Of a stretch of DNA of 64,000 nucleotides, positions 1 to 13,975 are shown piece by piece. A model generated the notes under the pieces. The model did no database searches, was not told the DNA's origin, and was given only the letters and a program-made list of their open reading frames with translations. The first letter of the stretch is position 1. Each line of letters starts with the position of its first letter. The position numbers were made by a program, and so were the translations under genes. This DNA comes from Owenia fusiformis (Eukaryota): assembly GCA_903813345.2 (NCBI GenBank), contig CAIIXF020000001.1, positions 9,238,001 through 9,302,000 of the forward strand, in the 5' to 3' direction.

Positions 1-2395
1 GGTTTGTATCAGAATGGCCAATGTTGTAGTGGCCATCACACCACAGTTTATACAGCTAAGTGTGTCACTCCACAATTCATATACAGTAGTGTCCCCTGAG
101 ACATCACTCAAGACATCTCAGCAACCAAGATATTGATTTTCGGATATAGGAGGTTACAAAAGTCTAATCTTACCACAAATATTATTCAATCTGATAATTT
201 TCAAATTACGGATAATTTTTGTCACAATTACATGTAAATCAAAAAATAATAATATTATATTTGAAATACATTTTACACTAAGTGGTGTTTCAGATTTAAG
301 ACTGAAAAAGAAAGTGAAATATTCAGAAAATAAGGCAAAGAAATGTGATTTTCTTGCTAAGATTCATGCTATATTATAGAACAGTTGGATAATGTTTGCA
401 ATAAATCTAACTAATGACTACATTGGGACTGATCTAGGGATAGCCATTTGTTAGCAAGACACGCAAAGACAAAATGATAATGCACATCGTGATTATTAAC
501 ACTAATTTTAACATCCACAGGTATATTCTATAAATATTGCCTGATTAAGAACTGAACTGACATGCGAATGAACAAATAATCACACTGCTAGGAGATGATG
601 AGTAGAGGGTGGCTTTTGCTAATTAACTCAGACATTTTATATGTAGGATTGCGTACTGACATGACGTGCATAAAGAATAGGAGTCAAAATAGCTCCATTA
701 ATTCCAAAACAACACTAAACCCCAATTTTTGTGTCTGAATGTTAGAGTCCATATTTTCAGTGTTTGAAGGGAACAAATTCAGATGTGAAAACTCTCCAAT
801 GTTTATCTATTTTCAGCTCTTCTTTGGTCAATCAAACCAATATTCTATGAGATAGGATTTTTAAACTAAATGTGCTAAATGCACATCATGATAAGAGAGA
901 GATCAAATAGAGCATTTTGATTGGCTTTGGGAACCATTCACATACCAATAAATACATAAATATGACAATGTGTCTTTTGACCCAGTAGAAAGTGACAATG
1001 TTATATGTACTGACTCAACTCCCTAAGATCCATTTTACGATTTCTATAAAATATTCATCAAGTAGAGAAACTTAAAATAAAACTAGTCATACAGTGTTCT
1101 TATTAAGGTTTGTATTCATCACAAGCTAATGATTAGCCCCTTGTACAAATGCCATGCGTCCCGAAACCAATAAACTTGGAATAACGATCAGTCTATAAAT
1201 GGCTTAAGGACACTGAAAATATGAGTCAAAATTATCCTTAAAGAGGTTAATCAAATCTAATTATTTGCAATGAATTTATTAAGTTCCATTCTAAAATAAG
1301 GATGGTTAAGCGTGCACAGTGAAACAATTAACTTGCACCATAAATGTGATTTAGAATTGAACACCGACTTAGTGCTTGGTTTAATTGCCAATTGACTTTC
1401 ATCAAATCCCTATAATCCGTGTCAGTTTCCAATCAGAAGTGGCTGACATATGATCAGACACAAGCAAACGTCAACAGAGGCTTCAGATTGCGGGGTACAA
1501 TCCCAAATTACAAGTCACTAAATAACTACCTCAAGGATTTATTAGAGGTTTTAATACTAAAATACTAGTTCTTTGAATCTCTAAATGGCATACTACAATA
1601 AGTTTTGTGAAATTACAAAATACATTCTCGAGATCAAGTGATATTTTCCATTGATAATATTTATTATGACAAGTATAGGAATTAGCGTGTGATACCATAT
1701 GATTTTGAGTGATTATCATCAGTTGATATGTAATATTTGACATTTTACTAATACCAAATGTAAACGTGTGAATGTATTTTTGCCATAAAATTTTTTAACT
1801 GATATTAACTTATTCCAGAGTTAAATGATTCAAATCAAATTTTCCAAATGATTGTTCGGCCATTGTTATTGTCAGACTCGCATTAAGTCAAGCAGCAAAT
1901 TTCTGATCAGACATGACACCACATCTAAAGGTTTAAAAGCTATATTCAATGGTTTCATAGAAATCTGCAAAAATATGATATTTTTCTCCTAGTTATAATA
2001 GGCAATATCATGTGACTAAATAAAAAATGAAACTTTGCAATGTACTGTGTTCTTACAGAATTGTTAAACAGAGAAGAGAAGAATTCTATTTATAATCAAA
2101 AGATAAATATTTCATTGAGGAAGTGATAACATTACAAATAATGTTTTTCATTTAAAAATAAAACCAATGATATCAAATGTGGGAAGTATGACGCAATTTA
2201 TGCCCCAGTGCTGAAAAATAATAATGAATGTGGCTTAGAGATCCTATTACTTCTAGGAATTCAACATGAAGAACATATTACCCAAGTATTGTGGGTGAAA
2301 ATTTGAAGGGCTTGAAAACCACTTCAGGTTAAAAACAAGAATGCTATTTTGCCCATATCTCCCTGATTTTGGCAATTTGGCAAACAAATACTTAC

Positions 2396-2483
2396 ATTAA
2401 ATGATGATACAAGTAGCTGTGAGAGACCATCCACATAAGGACCTAAAATATTATGCTCTCGAACTTTTAAGTTTTGCCGAACC
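2396..2483 (-). CDS. KIF13: KIF13-like kinesin-3, coding exon 7 (VRQNLKVREHNILGPYVDGLSQLLVSSFN); the gene continues beyond the left edge
   Basis: tttttag acceptor and gtaagt donor; phase 2 to 0, matching exon 6; kinesin-3 LKVREH..LGPYVDGLS motif. Confidence 0.93.
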
Positions 2484-3165
2484 CTAAAAAACAAAAAACA
2501 ATTCATGTTATAATTTAATTGTTTGTTATTTAATTAAATCAAATTATAATGTTATATCTTGTTTTACTTTATTTTTCCCAACAGAGATGTAAACATCATA
2601 GAAACTTTGATTTTTCAGAATTCAGAATTAGCTGAAATTAATGGTGAATGAGTCAGCTGTCAAAAAGTAATAAACTTGATAAAAATCATCAGTATCTATA
2701 TTTAAAGGGACGATGAAATGGCATATTTCAAATGTCAAAACTATGGAAAAAATCACTCATTCTCAGAGATTTTTGCAATTTTCATTTCTGGCCAAAGGTC
2801 TGACATGTAAATCATTTTAATGATTGATGTCTCAGACATTATCATAGAAATTAACAATTTGTCATAATTTTTCATTTTAGTGAGTGACAAAGGAAGTTTT
2901 CTTATTCAACCATTTTGCAAGGCTCCCAAAAATGTTGTAAAAAACAGAAGTCTTATTATGCATGCATTGGATCAATAGCTTCACTTTAGGTATAAATTGA
3001 GTTTTTTCAATAAATTATTGATAACATTGTTTTTCACTGCACTGTTATCAATTGATGGTTCATCTTAAGATCCCATCATCCTTCGTCCTGGGATGTCGAA
3101 AATGAACATGCTATCCCATAAATGGTACTTTTCAGACCCTAGAATAACTGGTTACATGTAGTTAC

Positions 3166-3346
3166 CCTTTAGGATCTAATAGATCGTGGACCCTTTCACA
3201 GTATATCTCCATGTAAGAAACCTCTATTTTAAATGATAAGCCAGTGTCTGTGTTGTCTGAAATCCTCTCAAAGAGATTGTCACAAAGTCTTGGAATTATT
3301 CCTTTGTCACTACGGCTGCCCATCATAGTGTAGGATTTCCCCGACC
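3166..3346 (-). CDS. KIF13: KIF13-like coding exon 6 (P-loop [10 protein letters not shown]...[20 protein letters not shown])
   Basis: ttttgcag acceptor and gtaac donor; 181 nt, phase 1 to 2; kinesin motor motifs. Confidence 0.95.
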
Positions 3347-4632
3347 CTGCAAAATACAAGGAGCGAACATTACAAGGTTGCACATTAAGTGAAACATGTT
3401 GTATTAAGAGAATTATTGACAGGGAATCACATCAGGAATGGAAATGGGAATATCAGGGGTTCAGCATTTCAGAGATAGGCAAAATGAAAACAACAGGCAA
3501 AATTATTGGAAATTATAAATTTAACATAAGAAACAGTTGCTGCACAAAACGACAGGCAATTTTGTTAAAAAAACAATCGGAGAATAATGCCTGCTACTAA
3601 TGAAAGCCCTGCACTGTACAAACAGCATAGTCTGCATATTCAAAATCATTACTTCTAAGATTTATGAGACATTACTCAACTTATTAACACACAATGAAAA
3701 AGCAATCATTCAATATCTTATGTACAGTTCTTCAACTAAATTCAATCTAAAATATTAATTTATCTGAAGAATAAAAAGTCAAGCTGGCATTATCTTAGTA
3801 AACCAAATACAGTAAAACCTGTTTAGTGGACATCTAAGCAAGTGAAATACCTCCAAAGAAAACTATATATAAAGGACAGGTACCCAAATTAACTCAATTT
3901 GTATTGTAACAATAATGTAAAAAAAAGAGCCTCCGTAAGTAGAACACTTTTCAATATTTAATGAGCCGCTGTAAGTAGAACACCTCCCAAGTGATGAAAC
4001 ACCTTTTAAATAAAACCTCTGTAACTGGAACATCTCCCACATAGAACACCTTTTTGATTAAATGTATTCCACTTTGCATTCACCATAATATGAACATTAC
4101 AGAAATGATATATTAGGGGTAAGTCTCAATCAATTGTAACATAAGATTATTTCACCCAGATGAGAGATAATGAGGGATTAGAGAAAAATATGAGACTACA
4201 ATTACAGACTTCGGTTTTCAGACAATAACTGTCCCCATTGAAGGTTATTTTTCTCAGTTAAGAGGTTATTGTGATTCGCAATGTTAAAATAACAGGATAT
4301 AAGCAAGTAAAAGGATACCATAAGAGGACACAATATGTTGCGTAATATGATAGTGACTGGAGAAAAACAAATGAATTTCATATTATAATAATTATTATAT
4401 ATAATATATTCACACATGCGAGTATATTTGTATATGAAAAAGTGAACAAAATGTATTTATTATAATGCATGTATTATTAGGTAATACATAAAAGTAAGTT
4501 TGATTACATGAATGTATATCAGATAAAATTTATTACAAAATGTCAGATATCAAGATATGAAATCTAAGATAAGATATGAAATCCTAGCAGTTTGAAGATA
4601 TTTTAATAATATTTATTGGGTTGATCAAGAGC

Positions 4633-4717
4633 CATCCTCCGAATGCAGGGTTCCAGACATCATCCACTACATTTCTTCTTTGGAGGTACAGTTCTGGAGG
4701 CCTGTGTTCTGAGGATG
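4633..4717. mobile_element. Tiny TIR element with CA...TG ends and a degenerate 9-bp TSD
   Basis: CATCCTCCGAA...TCTGAGGATG; flanks atcaagagc / atcaagaat; same family as 43203..43323. Confidence 0.65.
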
Positions 4718-5349
4718 ATCAAGAATATGTTCAAAAATGTCAGTTTTCCATTTCTGAACTCATAAATCTCAAGATTAGTTTAACTTTCATTGAGTCATTG
4801 TTGGGCCAAAAGTCATACAGGTTATACGAGAATTAGTTGTGAAAGGAATAAATAAAGAGAGGCCGCTTGCAGAGTGCCTCCCAATTACTACAGTACATTT
4901 ATAATACTATATGGTTAATCCTATAGAAGATGGACCACCAAGGAGTAGGTGGAATCAAGCGTAGAAACATCATTAGATTTAATCCTCACAATGAGACTGT
5001 GAATAAATAAGACTGACGAGTGCCTCCACATCGTTGATTAGAAAAAACGGATTTAAGTGCATGATATTAGCAAATCCAATCATCAGGAATTGTGTTTACG
5101 AACCATTGATCGTAGAAATTCCATCAATATCCCATCAGATTTTATCAACGCTAAACACATTTTTGCAATCAATGTAACATGTACTTTTAAAATGTGTTTG
5201 TAAGATTCATGTACTTATGACATGTGATTTCAGCAAGTAAAATATGATAGGGTAGGAATCAAATCTCTGATTATCCTATTGGTTCTTTCCGAGGGGGGGG
5301 GGTAGTACAATAAGTCGAATGTTGAAAGGGTTGATCATTTCAAACTTAC

Positions 5350-5442
5350 CAGTTTGTCCATATGCGAATATACATGCATTATAGCCTTCAAACGCCCTCT
5401 GAAGTACATCTTTCCCAAGACAATTGTAAACTTGTTCTTGAC
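5350..5442 (-). CDS. KIF13: KIF13-like coding exon 5 ([31 protein letters not shown])
   Basis: tttatag acceptor and gtaagt donor; 93 nt; [13 protein letters not shown] motif. Confidence 0.95.
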
Positions 5443-6350
5443 CTATAAATGCAAAAAATCTCATTGTACTGCACATGTACAGGTGTACACTACAAATGCA
5501 GGTATACAGTAGTTCACATAGATGTAGATAAACTTTGAATTAACAATTATTTTCTTGCAGGTTTCCCAAGATTTTTGAAAAAGGTTGGGCTAAATCCCTT
5601 TTGACAAAATGTTGAAAAAATCCTTAAAAGTTGATTGATTCTTTAATGCATGTCATGTTTTCTTGGAGTAATGCATCAGACTGAATTATTCAATTCTGAT
5701 AGATACACTTCAATGGAATTTGCCACAGAGATACCATTCTGTCCTCATAATTTCATACTAGCCAGTCTATTACCACATAGGCAGCGAATAATGTGTTTCC
5801 ATATTCTATACCTTGAAAGGTGTCACGAGGACAATATTATAGATTAAATAATTACAGCACTATTTATATCTCAGAAAGGGTTATTAGAGAAAATATAAGT
5901 ATGGGTTATAGTTCTGTAAATATTAAAAGGTCATAGTAGTATGTCGGGTAAACCAGGTTCCTGTAATTAAGCCCTATATTTGAACATGGTGCGGTAGAAT
6001 AACATATTACTTAATAGGAATAAGTGAAGTTTTTATAGATGAAGTTATTTAATTGTTTCTGAGAATTTTTTCTATCAAAGGTTAAGATACTTCAACCTCA
6101 TTTATTTAACAGGAACGGGAACATCTAACAGGAATGAAATGGAGACATTTAATTGATGTTACACAATAATCAAAATCATTTTTCTCTTTAATTGAGTATT
6201 TAAGGTGAATGTTGAATTAAATGATGAATTAGGACTTCTTACATGTTTCATGCTATTGTAATGTATAAACAGGTCCAAAATCATCACACTTTACCTTCTT
6301 TAAAATAAAGGCACATCCTCATTCTCTAAAAGTAGTTAATTTAAACTCAC

Positions 6351-6408
6351 TTGCAAATCTGGTCTCAGCCTTGTCCATTGACCAAAAACAGTGGTCAAAG
6401 GCAAATGT
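6351..6408 (-). CDS. KIF13: KIF13-like coding exon 4 (TFAFDHCFWSMDKAETRFA)
   Basis: tttgcag acceptor and gtgagt donor; 58 nt, phase 0 to 1; FAFDHCFWSMD is characteristic of KIF13. Confidence 0.93.
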
Positions 6409-6952
6409 CTGCAAATAAACAAACAGAAATTATTAATCAACTGACATAACACAGTCACTAGCATTGAAACACTTTATTACATTTTTAATACGTTAAGATT
6501 CTAAAAAAACTGCATTTGTTGTTGAATATGATTTGGCACTTAGTTTGAAGAGGAATCTAATTACAGAACTACGTGAACATTGATAAGAAGCAGGTTACAT
6601 TAAGTGCATTGGTTTTTCTCCCGAATATTTTGCTTACTTATGTTATATCTAAATTAGTTCAGCTGTGTTTGGGGGACATATAAACTTGACATAAGAGTTA
6701 TAATGATTGAAACTACAAACATTGTTATGTGATTTGTAATGGTACCAGCATATGGTTTATTCAGCATAGATGCAAAGTAGATTTTTTATCTTTGACAGTT
6801 GAGGTCCCAAAGTTCCATGTTACCACAGCAAAGCAATTTAGAAAAGTAATGCTACTGTGCTGTAAAATATATAAGGTACCATTCGAAAGGGTTGGTCTAT
6901 AAGGTAGTTTGGAACTTCCATGGTTTTTTAAAACATAAGTGCATATTCTCAC

Positions 6953-6965
6953 CTTTGGAGCTTTT
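6953..6965 (-). CDS. KIF13: KIF13-like coding microexon 3 (13 nt, R-KAPK); an in-frame upstream acceptor gives a 28-nt form 6953..6980 (S-EHHGRKAPK)
   Basis: cag|AAAAGCTCCAAAG|gtgag; bridges the phase-2 end of exon 2 to phase-0 exon 4; matches the recalled short RKxPK exon of vertebrate KIF13A/B. Confidence 0.85.
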
Positions 6966-6989
6966 CTGCCATGGTGTTCACTGTTCGGG

Positions 6990-7255
6990 GATCCAAAATA
7001 ATCATTGGAGATCCAAAATAATCATTAGAGATCCAAAATAATCATCAGATATCAGACATCAGATGTAATCATTACAGATCCAATGATATCAGCATGAATC
7101 CAATATAATCATCAATAGCCAAATATTTTGACCAGGGATCAGGTGTAATAATAATCAGGTATCCAATATAATCACAAATGATTCGATATAATCGTAGAAG
7201 ATCCAATATAATCATTGTATTCAAAGATCGATGTATTTTCCAGAGTTCCAATATC
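6990..7255. repeat. Degenerate ~20-bp tandem repeat (gatccaaaataatcattaga) abutting the KIF13 microexon acceptor
   Basis: Three near-perfect units at 6990..7045, then decayed atccaatataatc units. Confidence 0.85.
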
Positions 7256-8149
7256 AGATAGGCAGACAGCAGGAAAATATGAAATACAAAAAAACATATA
7301 TATTAGACAAAGTATAAAAATACATCATGATCATACATTTTATCTTTCTTGCAAATGATTAAAACATTTTAAAAAATATATATTAATATCTGTATGTATG
7401 TATAAATATATGTACAGTTATGACACAGACTTGAATCAAAATTGCATTTTTAATGTAACATTTGATAAAAGATATGTATATACAGGTCAAATTCATTAAC
7501 ATAGAGATCAATATTGTTAAGACACTACATATTCAATAGGAACCTTTGAAGCAGACTTTGATGAGTATTATATATTCTCTTTCATAATACAAACATCTTC
7601 TGTAATACATGTACTACATATTATACAGTGTAAATATATGGAAACTTTTGCGAAGACATGCACAGGTCAAATTCACCTAGATTTCCCAAATAGAATATAT
7701 TTTTAATACCTAACCCCCTCCCCACCTAATATACTCAGATTCTTCTATTATCTACTAGCGTAGTGCTCAATTAACTCGGAGATCCTGTGAATTGCAGATA
7801 GATGAAATACCTAGCTGCCAAGTGCATGAAGATTAGAAATCAATGAGAGACAACAATAGAGATCTATTCCAGAAATTATCTAAGTAATTGAAGAGAATGT
7901 CAAATGTTAAAATAGAGGAAAAGAACACCAGGCGTATCAGCTATCAGTCAATATATAAAGCATCTTTCAAAGGAAGTCAATTGTGAATGTATAGAAAAAG
8001 TTTTGAATTTTGGTCCTGTTATTTCCATTCATTGGCTCTATATTCAGTATTAGACTCTTCAGCTCTTCTCTTTGGTTTACCAACAGAACCTAAAAATGAA
8101 GGCTCAGCATGTAGTTTTAATCATTATCAATATACTGAGAAATTACCAT

Positions 8150-8470
8150 TCATCTTTCACATCAGGCATGACATCTACTATATACCATGCATGAGATCTT
8201 CCATATCATGCATGGCATCTACTGCTTTACCATGGATACATGTCCAGGGCCATAGCCAGCTTTTAGTCAGAGGGGGTGCGATCGCCCAAAAAATCAGGAG
8301 GAGTGCAATTGATAAGATCTATTTTGAATTTTACAATTGTATGACATCTAGGATGAAATCTTACATACCATGCTGCATGATGACATCTTCCATACCATTC
8401 ATGGCATTGTCTATATCATGCATGGCATTGTCCATATCATGTATGGCATTTTCCATACCATGCGTGATAG
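8150..8470. repeat. Degenerate ~21-bp minisatellite (ccatatcatgcatggcatt)
   Basis: Repeated units visible; explains the MALSISC repeats in ORF 7987..8496. Confidence 0.7.
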
Positions 8471-11400
8471 CAGTCATGGTATATACTGACAGATGATGCT
8501 TGATCTTGTATAACAGCTGATTTTTTTTATTAATTATGCTCCCACATATTCATATTTTACCTATATAACTATGGTAGGTGAACGACCCTTATACAAAGTT
8601 AAGAAATAACAGAAACCGTAATAAAAACCATGATTAGAAATATCAAAATAAATCACAATGAACTCTATTACATCAACAGATACCTAATAAACATGAGAAA
8701 ATCCACATTTGTTACTGATGAGTCACAGAATCGATTCCTAAACAACTGTCTAAATAATTCGAGCTGACTTATGAATGCTACCCCTGGGTGTTTATTATTG
8801 ATATGTAAACCCCAAATGTACAACTAAGGCTGACTCCCTAACTTGTTTACAAAGGTCAAGATTCAAGAACCCAGCGTTTTCTTCATGGACTCCATCGTTG
8901 TCCTGTGTGGATGTCACTAACTGCTACTGAATCAAGTCTTATTCCTTATATGATCAAGTGAAACAAAATGCTAAAGTTTACATTCAAAGAACTTTTTGCT
9001 CACAAATGACATTGTTACAATCAAAATTTAATTCAGAGTACATTAGCCTCACTGATAAAAGTTTTGCCTCACTGAACTCCACATGGAACACCTCACAAAT
9101 GGAACAGGTTTTTAAAAATCATGTGGCCCATTGACTCCATGTTAATGAACCTCTGTAAATACAACACCTTGCAAGTGGAACAACTCTTTGTGGTCCCAAG
9201 GGTGTTCCACTTACACAGATTCAACTATATTACAGTTCATCCTTTTTTGTTTGATAACATTAATAGAATCCCCTGGAAATATTATGCATACCAACAATAG
9301 GTCAGAATGGCCTCAGTACTTGCATCTTGCTCAGACTTTAGCTCAAGTATCATGATCGCCATGACATTTTAGTAAATTATACATATTGTTGTTATTGATC
9401 GTCCAGCCAACCTTTGAATGATGAGAATAAAAACATTCATCTATTAAACTGGCAGCTAATAGAGAATGTAAAATGTTAGCTTTTCAAAAACCCTGCCATG
9501 GTTTCCCTTGCAATTTTCATAGGAACGGAGAATTCTCATCATATATGGATGATATAAAGATCTAAGAAGCAAAATTATCTAAATGCATTAGGATTGAATA
9601 AAAAGGAGACATTATTTTTTCAAAATCATTGCCAGATAAGTTATCAAGGAATAAAGCCACAGTGTGTTAGAAAATAGGCATGGCACAACATTTAAGAACA
9701 TAACTCCCAACTTGTTTCTAGCCCTTGTTGCCCCTTTATAAATGAACAAGAACTGCTGTCTCGCCAGTAAGATCATGAAATGAATCAAAATAGCAGTGGT
9801 CCTAAAGATTAATACAAAGCAATCAAGCATAAAGGAATTATTATAGCCTATAACCATTAATATAGTCTTGCTTCAAGACCCTGGACAGCAAGAATACAAT
9901 TTATACAATAGAATAGAATGCTTTCCCATACATAACAACTGGCACTTTTTATAGGGCATATATCAAGGGGATGTACAATTTTGAAACAACATCCCTAATA
10001 AGAAAATTATTAGTATTACAGACTGACAATAAATAACCTTTTGAAAAGGCAACTTTCTCATTTAAATTGCAATTTATTTCTGAGTTTCTTCACATTTACT
10101 TCTGACCTGATAACATATATTCAACAAAAGCAATTTTCATAATCAAATACAAAAATCCTAGTAATAGCGATGTTGGCAGTCTTATACAGACTTACATAAT
10201 CCTGACTCAATAAGAGATTGAACCATGTAGCATGCAAGACCTGCAACGAAAAATGGAACAATATAAATTCCACAGCAACTGATGCCTGCCACCAATAGAA
10301 CAGTCAATATTATATTTTTAGCTGAAATTCTTGAAAATACTTTCATAATAATGACCAAAACCAATGTAGAAGTTGAAGTGACTGCACAAGAACAAAAACG
10401 CTGAATCTCATAATACTCAATGTACTTATGTATGTCAGTCTCACATCCCACATTGAGATAGACAAAAGGTTACTGTAACCATCAGGCTGCTTCTTAGATT
10501 TTGGCTTGTTTGCTTATGTAAAGATAACCTATCCAAGCTATTAATAAATCAACCAATTTCTCATTTTCTCTCCTATTTTGAAACAAATTTAAATGTACGT
10601 GTACCAAATTTGATTTTTGAGCAACAGTTGTGAACATCATAACATAAAGTAACATAACATAACAAAATCCTTGCTGATTTCACTCTAATTTCTCAATAGA
10701 AGCAAAGATAATATAATCGCGCTTGAACGAGTATTTACCACAAACATTCCTAACCTTCAGCAATTTTCGATGAATTCCAGAAAACATCAAACACAGAATA
10801 TTCTGTAATTTTAATCAAAGTAACAAGCCATCAGCTGTTGATATAAGTAGAATGTGGTAACCACAGAGTTAACGTGCTAATGGTACTTGTACTATTATAC
10901 CCGAGTTAGAACTGCAGTGTATAGGTATGAATATACATAGAAAATAGGATACAACAACCTCTTGACTCCATAGAGATATTTTCTATTGAATATATATTGA
11001 ACATTATGTGTATCAGGATACATAAAGTACATATACCTTCATTCATTGAAGAGAAGTCAATTTTGAGTTTTGCCCATAAGACGATGACACCCCTAACCCT
11101 ATCTTTCAAATTTTTTCAGTCTGTTTCAGACTTATTAGGAATATACTGTTTTCACCACAATAAAATTTAGATTGTATGTAGTTACAATTCTGCTAATTCA
11201 TTTATTGTTCAAATGTGTGACAGTTTCTACAGATTCGCCATTCATATGCTACTTATTGTGTGGCACGTCACTGCTCTACAACTATATTGAGTAATCTGCT
11301 TCAATCATAACATTCACATATCCCTATAGAGTTGGAAAGGAACTAAATATACAATAAAATCTACTAAATTATTCAGAGGCAATATTTTACTCTGATACAT

Positions 11401-13889
11401 TACACCTTCAGTAGGCTAATGTCCTTAATTGAATCGAAGCTATCTTAGTGGATCGATCGGAACACCTTTGGTACCTCTAACAAAAAGTGTTTCACTTGGG
11501 AGGTGTTCTGCTTATAGAATTTCATTTAACATTAAGTCGGTTGGTCTCAGTAAAATGTTGTACTAACAGAGGTGTTCCACTTCTAGAGGTATTCAGCTTT
11601 ACAGGTTTCACTGTATGATCTTCTTGCTGTCTAAGAAAAATTACCTTGTGTTCTCAGATGAACTTTATATTGATGTTGATTGGAACGTTTGTAAATTAGA
11701 TGTAACAGCTTTCAAGCATGATTTAAAACACATGACTAAATACTGGAGATATTTATCTTAGAATTTCAGGGTACTTGAAAATGTCTTCCTGTCATTCCCC
11801 CAAAGATTTGTTTTCAATGATGCTTTGTTTACACTTTCATTGTTATTTCCTTTGACAATATCAATTGAAAATATATTTCCAAAATGATCAACGTTACTGT
11901 GCAAGTATTTGGCCTTTGAGGACACATTTAGTTGTTACTCAATGTTAAAAATATTATTATTCCTTTATCTTAAAAGAAATATTATTGTAATGGCTTCTTT
12001 ATATCAATCTTTCTGAAATGTTGTATTAGTATGTCAATTGCTATAGAATTGCATAGCTGGCATTTATGAATTTCCATATTATACCTCAATATCGATGCAC
12101 CTTTATAATTCAGCCATCACAAATACATGTATGAGAACATAGCGTGATACGCTATAAAGGTCAAAACATTCTCTCTGGGGGGAAATGCCAAATTTCCATT
12201 GTTTAGGATCCTGACATTCTGTAGAAATATACATCATCATTGGATACGCAACGTGAATACCAGCCAAATGAGCTAATATTATCAAACTACAAATGCAGAG
12301 ATAGTAAAAAAGGATCTTCCTAAGATTGAATCTTAAACTCTATAATGATAATCCATATAGTCTCTACTATAAAGTGTTAGATAAAGAATGACTCTAAATA
12401 AATCAAAATGAAATATTCATCCTCGACTTAAGTTTAGAAAACTTAGATAAAGCCATGGAATACATACATCTCACTATCTATGAATGATAATTTTGGGATA
12501 CTTCTGAGTTGATACCTTCAAACTGATTAGATACTCCTAGGCAACTAGCTAAGATTAACAAACTTGAAGCATAACCTTGTTATCTCGCCTGCCACTTCAT
12601 CAATATTTCTAAACATTTGAAACTTTTATTACCTTTGGGCTTCACGAAAATAACTACCACAATAAACCTGTATCCAACCAGCCAAAAAAACGAAGCATCA
12701 ATATATGTATAAGCAGAACATGATGTAGAAATTCCCAACCCAATAAGATATATGTTCAATTAATGTTATTACCCTCCATTGAAGTTTTCAATGGTCTAAA
12801 ATGAGAATTTTACTTGATTATTGAGAAACAATCAATTCGTCCTCATAACTGATTAGCGCAGATTGTCAATGTCAGAGAATTACAATCAAGTCATAGTTAA
12901 AATCACTTTTATTTGTAATTCTAGGAGCTACAATACTATTGCTGAATATCAAATATATCTTACCAAGAAAATGAATTAGTATCAATGCAATATCAATTTT
13001 TGAAGAGACTTGTCACAATAACTGCAATTACAATAACTTGATACCAAAACATAACAAAGCAAGAGATAGAATGGATCAATCAGTGACTAATGACAAATCT
13101 ATGTAAATCCAGGGGTACATTGATTTTTTACTACTGTGCCCTCAGAGAATCGGGAGTAGGTTTCTTCCAGACAGATCATGTAACACTTTTAAATTCACTC
13201 TACTTTTTATCGTTGTCTTCTCGCAACCGCAAATAAGCTAAATCGCAAAAAATCTAAAATAGTCAAGTTTTTTTTTCGTTGATTTTTATACTGTGCATAA
13301 AACCTGTATATCCATATCTGGTTTACTGTTTTCTCATTCTTTCAATTCTTCCTAGGGTTATCTTCTTTGAAGATAGACCATATAAAGGTCAAGTAGCCTT
13401 AAATAAGGAAAATGGTTGTTTATGTAATGGTGCAGATGTAAATATACATGAGAAACATATTGCAAATATCAACAATGATGACCCAGTTTGCTATGCTATA
13501 CCTTAGTTTAAAGAAACAATCAACACTTCAAAACAACCATCAGAATATATCAACATAAAAGAGAGGTATTTTTCACAATGCACTTATGTGCCAAACTTCA
13601 AAAAATGGATATCAATATTACATTGAAAACCTCAGAATCCTTAACATCTCTATAAATATAGCATTAATAAATTAATACAGCATGAAAACAGCACCTGATT
13701 TTTATTGTAAATGGTCACAAAACTGTAATAATGTGTACATGTAACAACTTCCAACTGCTAACAAACAACCAGTCCATTGGTCATAAAAGGGTGGCTAGAG
13801 ACTAAGAAGAGGTGGTGACAATAGTATCAATCTGCATTGATAAATGAGTGATCAAAAAAGTATTTCTTTAATATATCTTGTACTCAAAT

Positions 13890-13975
13890 ATGAAGTGGTA
13901 CTCCGAAACCCAATAAGCTATCAACAGCCATGGTAGACAAAGTCAAGCACTTGCAAAAGTCAATAAAATGGTCAC
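13890..13975 (-). mobile_element. Decayed LINE reverse-transcriptase fragment
   Basis: Allowing frameshifts it reads FIDFCKC(F)DFVYH...LLGFGVP, resembling the non-LTR RT motif FxDFSKAFDxVxH...L...GV. Confidence 0.45.

Noticed and set aside
1-2395. Next KIF13 exon (expected GNKSRT...SSRSHA)
   Set aside because: Not found by eye; presumably beyond the window edge.
7987-8496. 169-aa plus-strand ORF
   Set aside because: It runs through a minisatellite and a GC-rich repeat fragment; no domain or splice support.
9612-10451. Hydrophobic minus-strand ORFs resembling membrane proteins
   Set aside because: Expected from the T-rich intronic strand; no canonical start or splice structure linking them.
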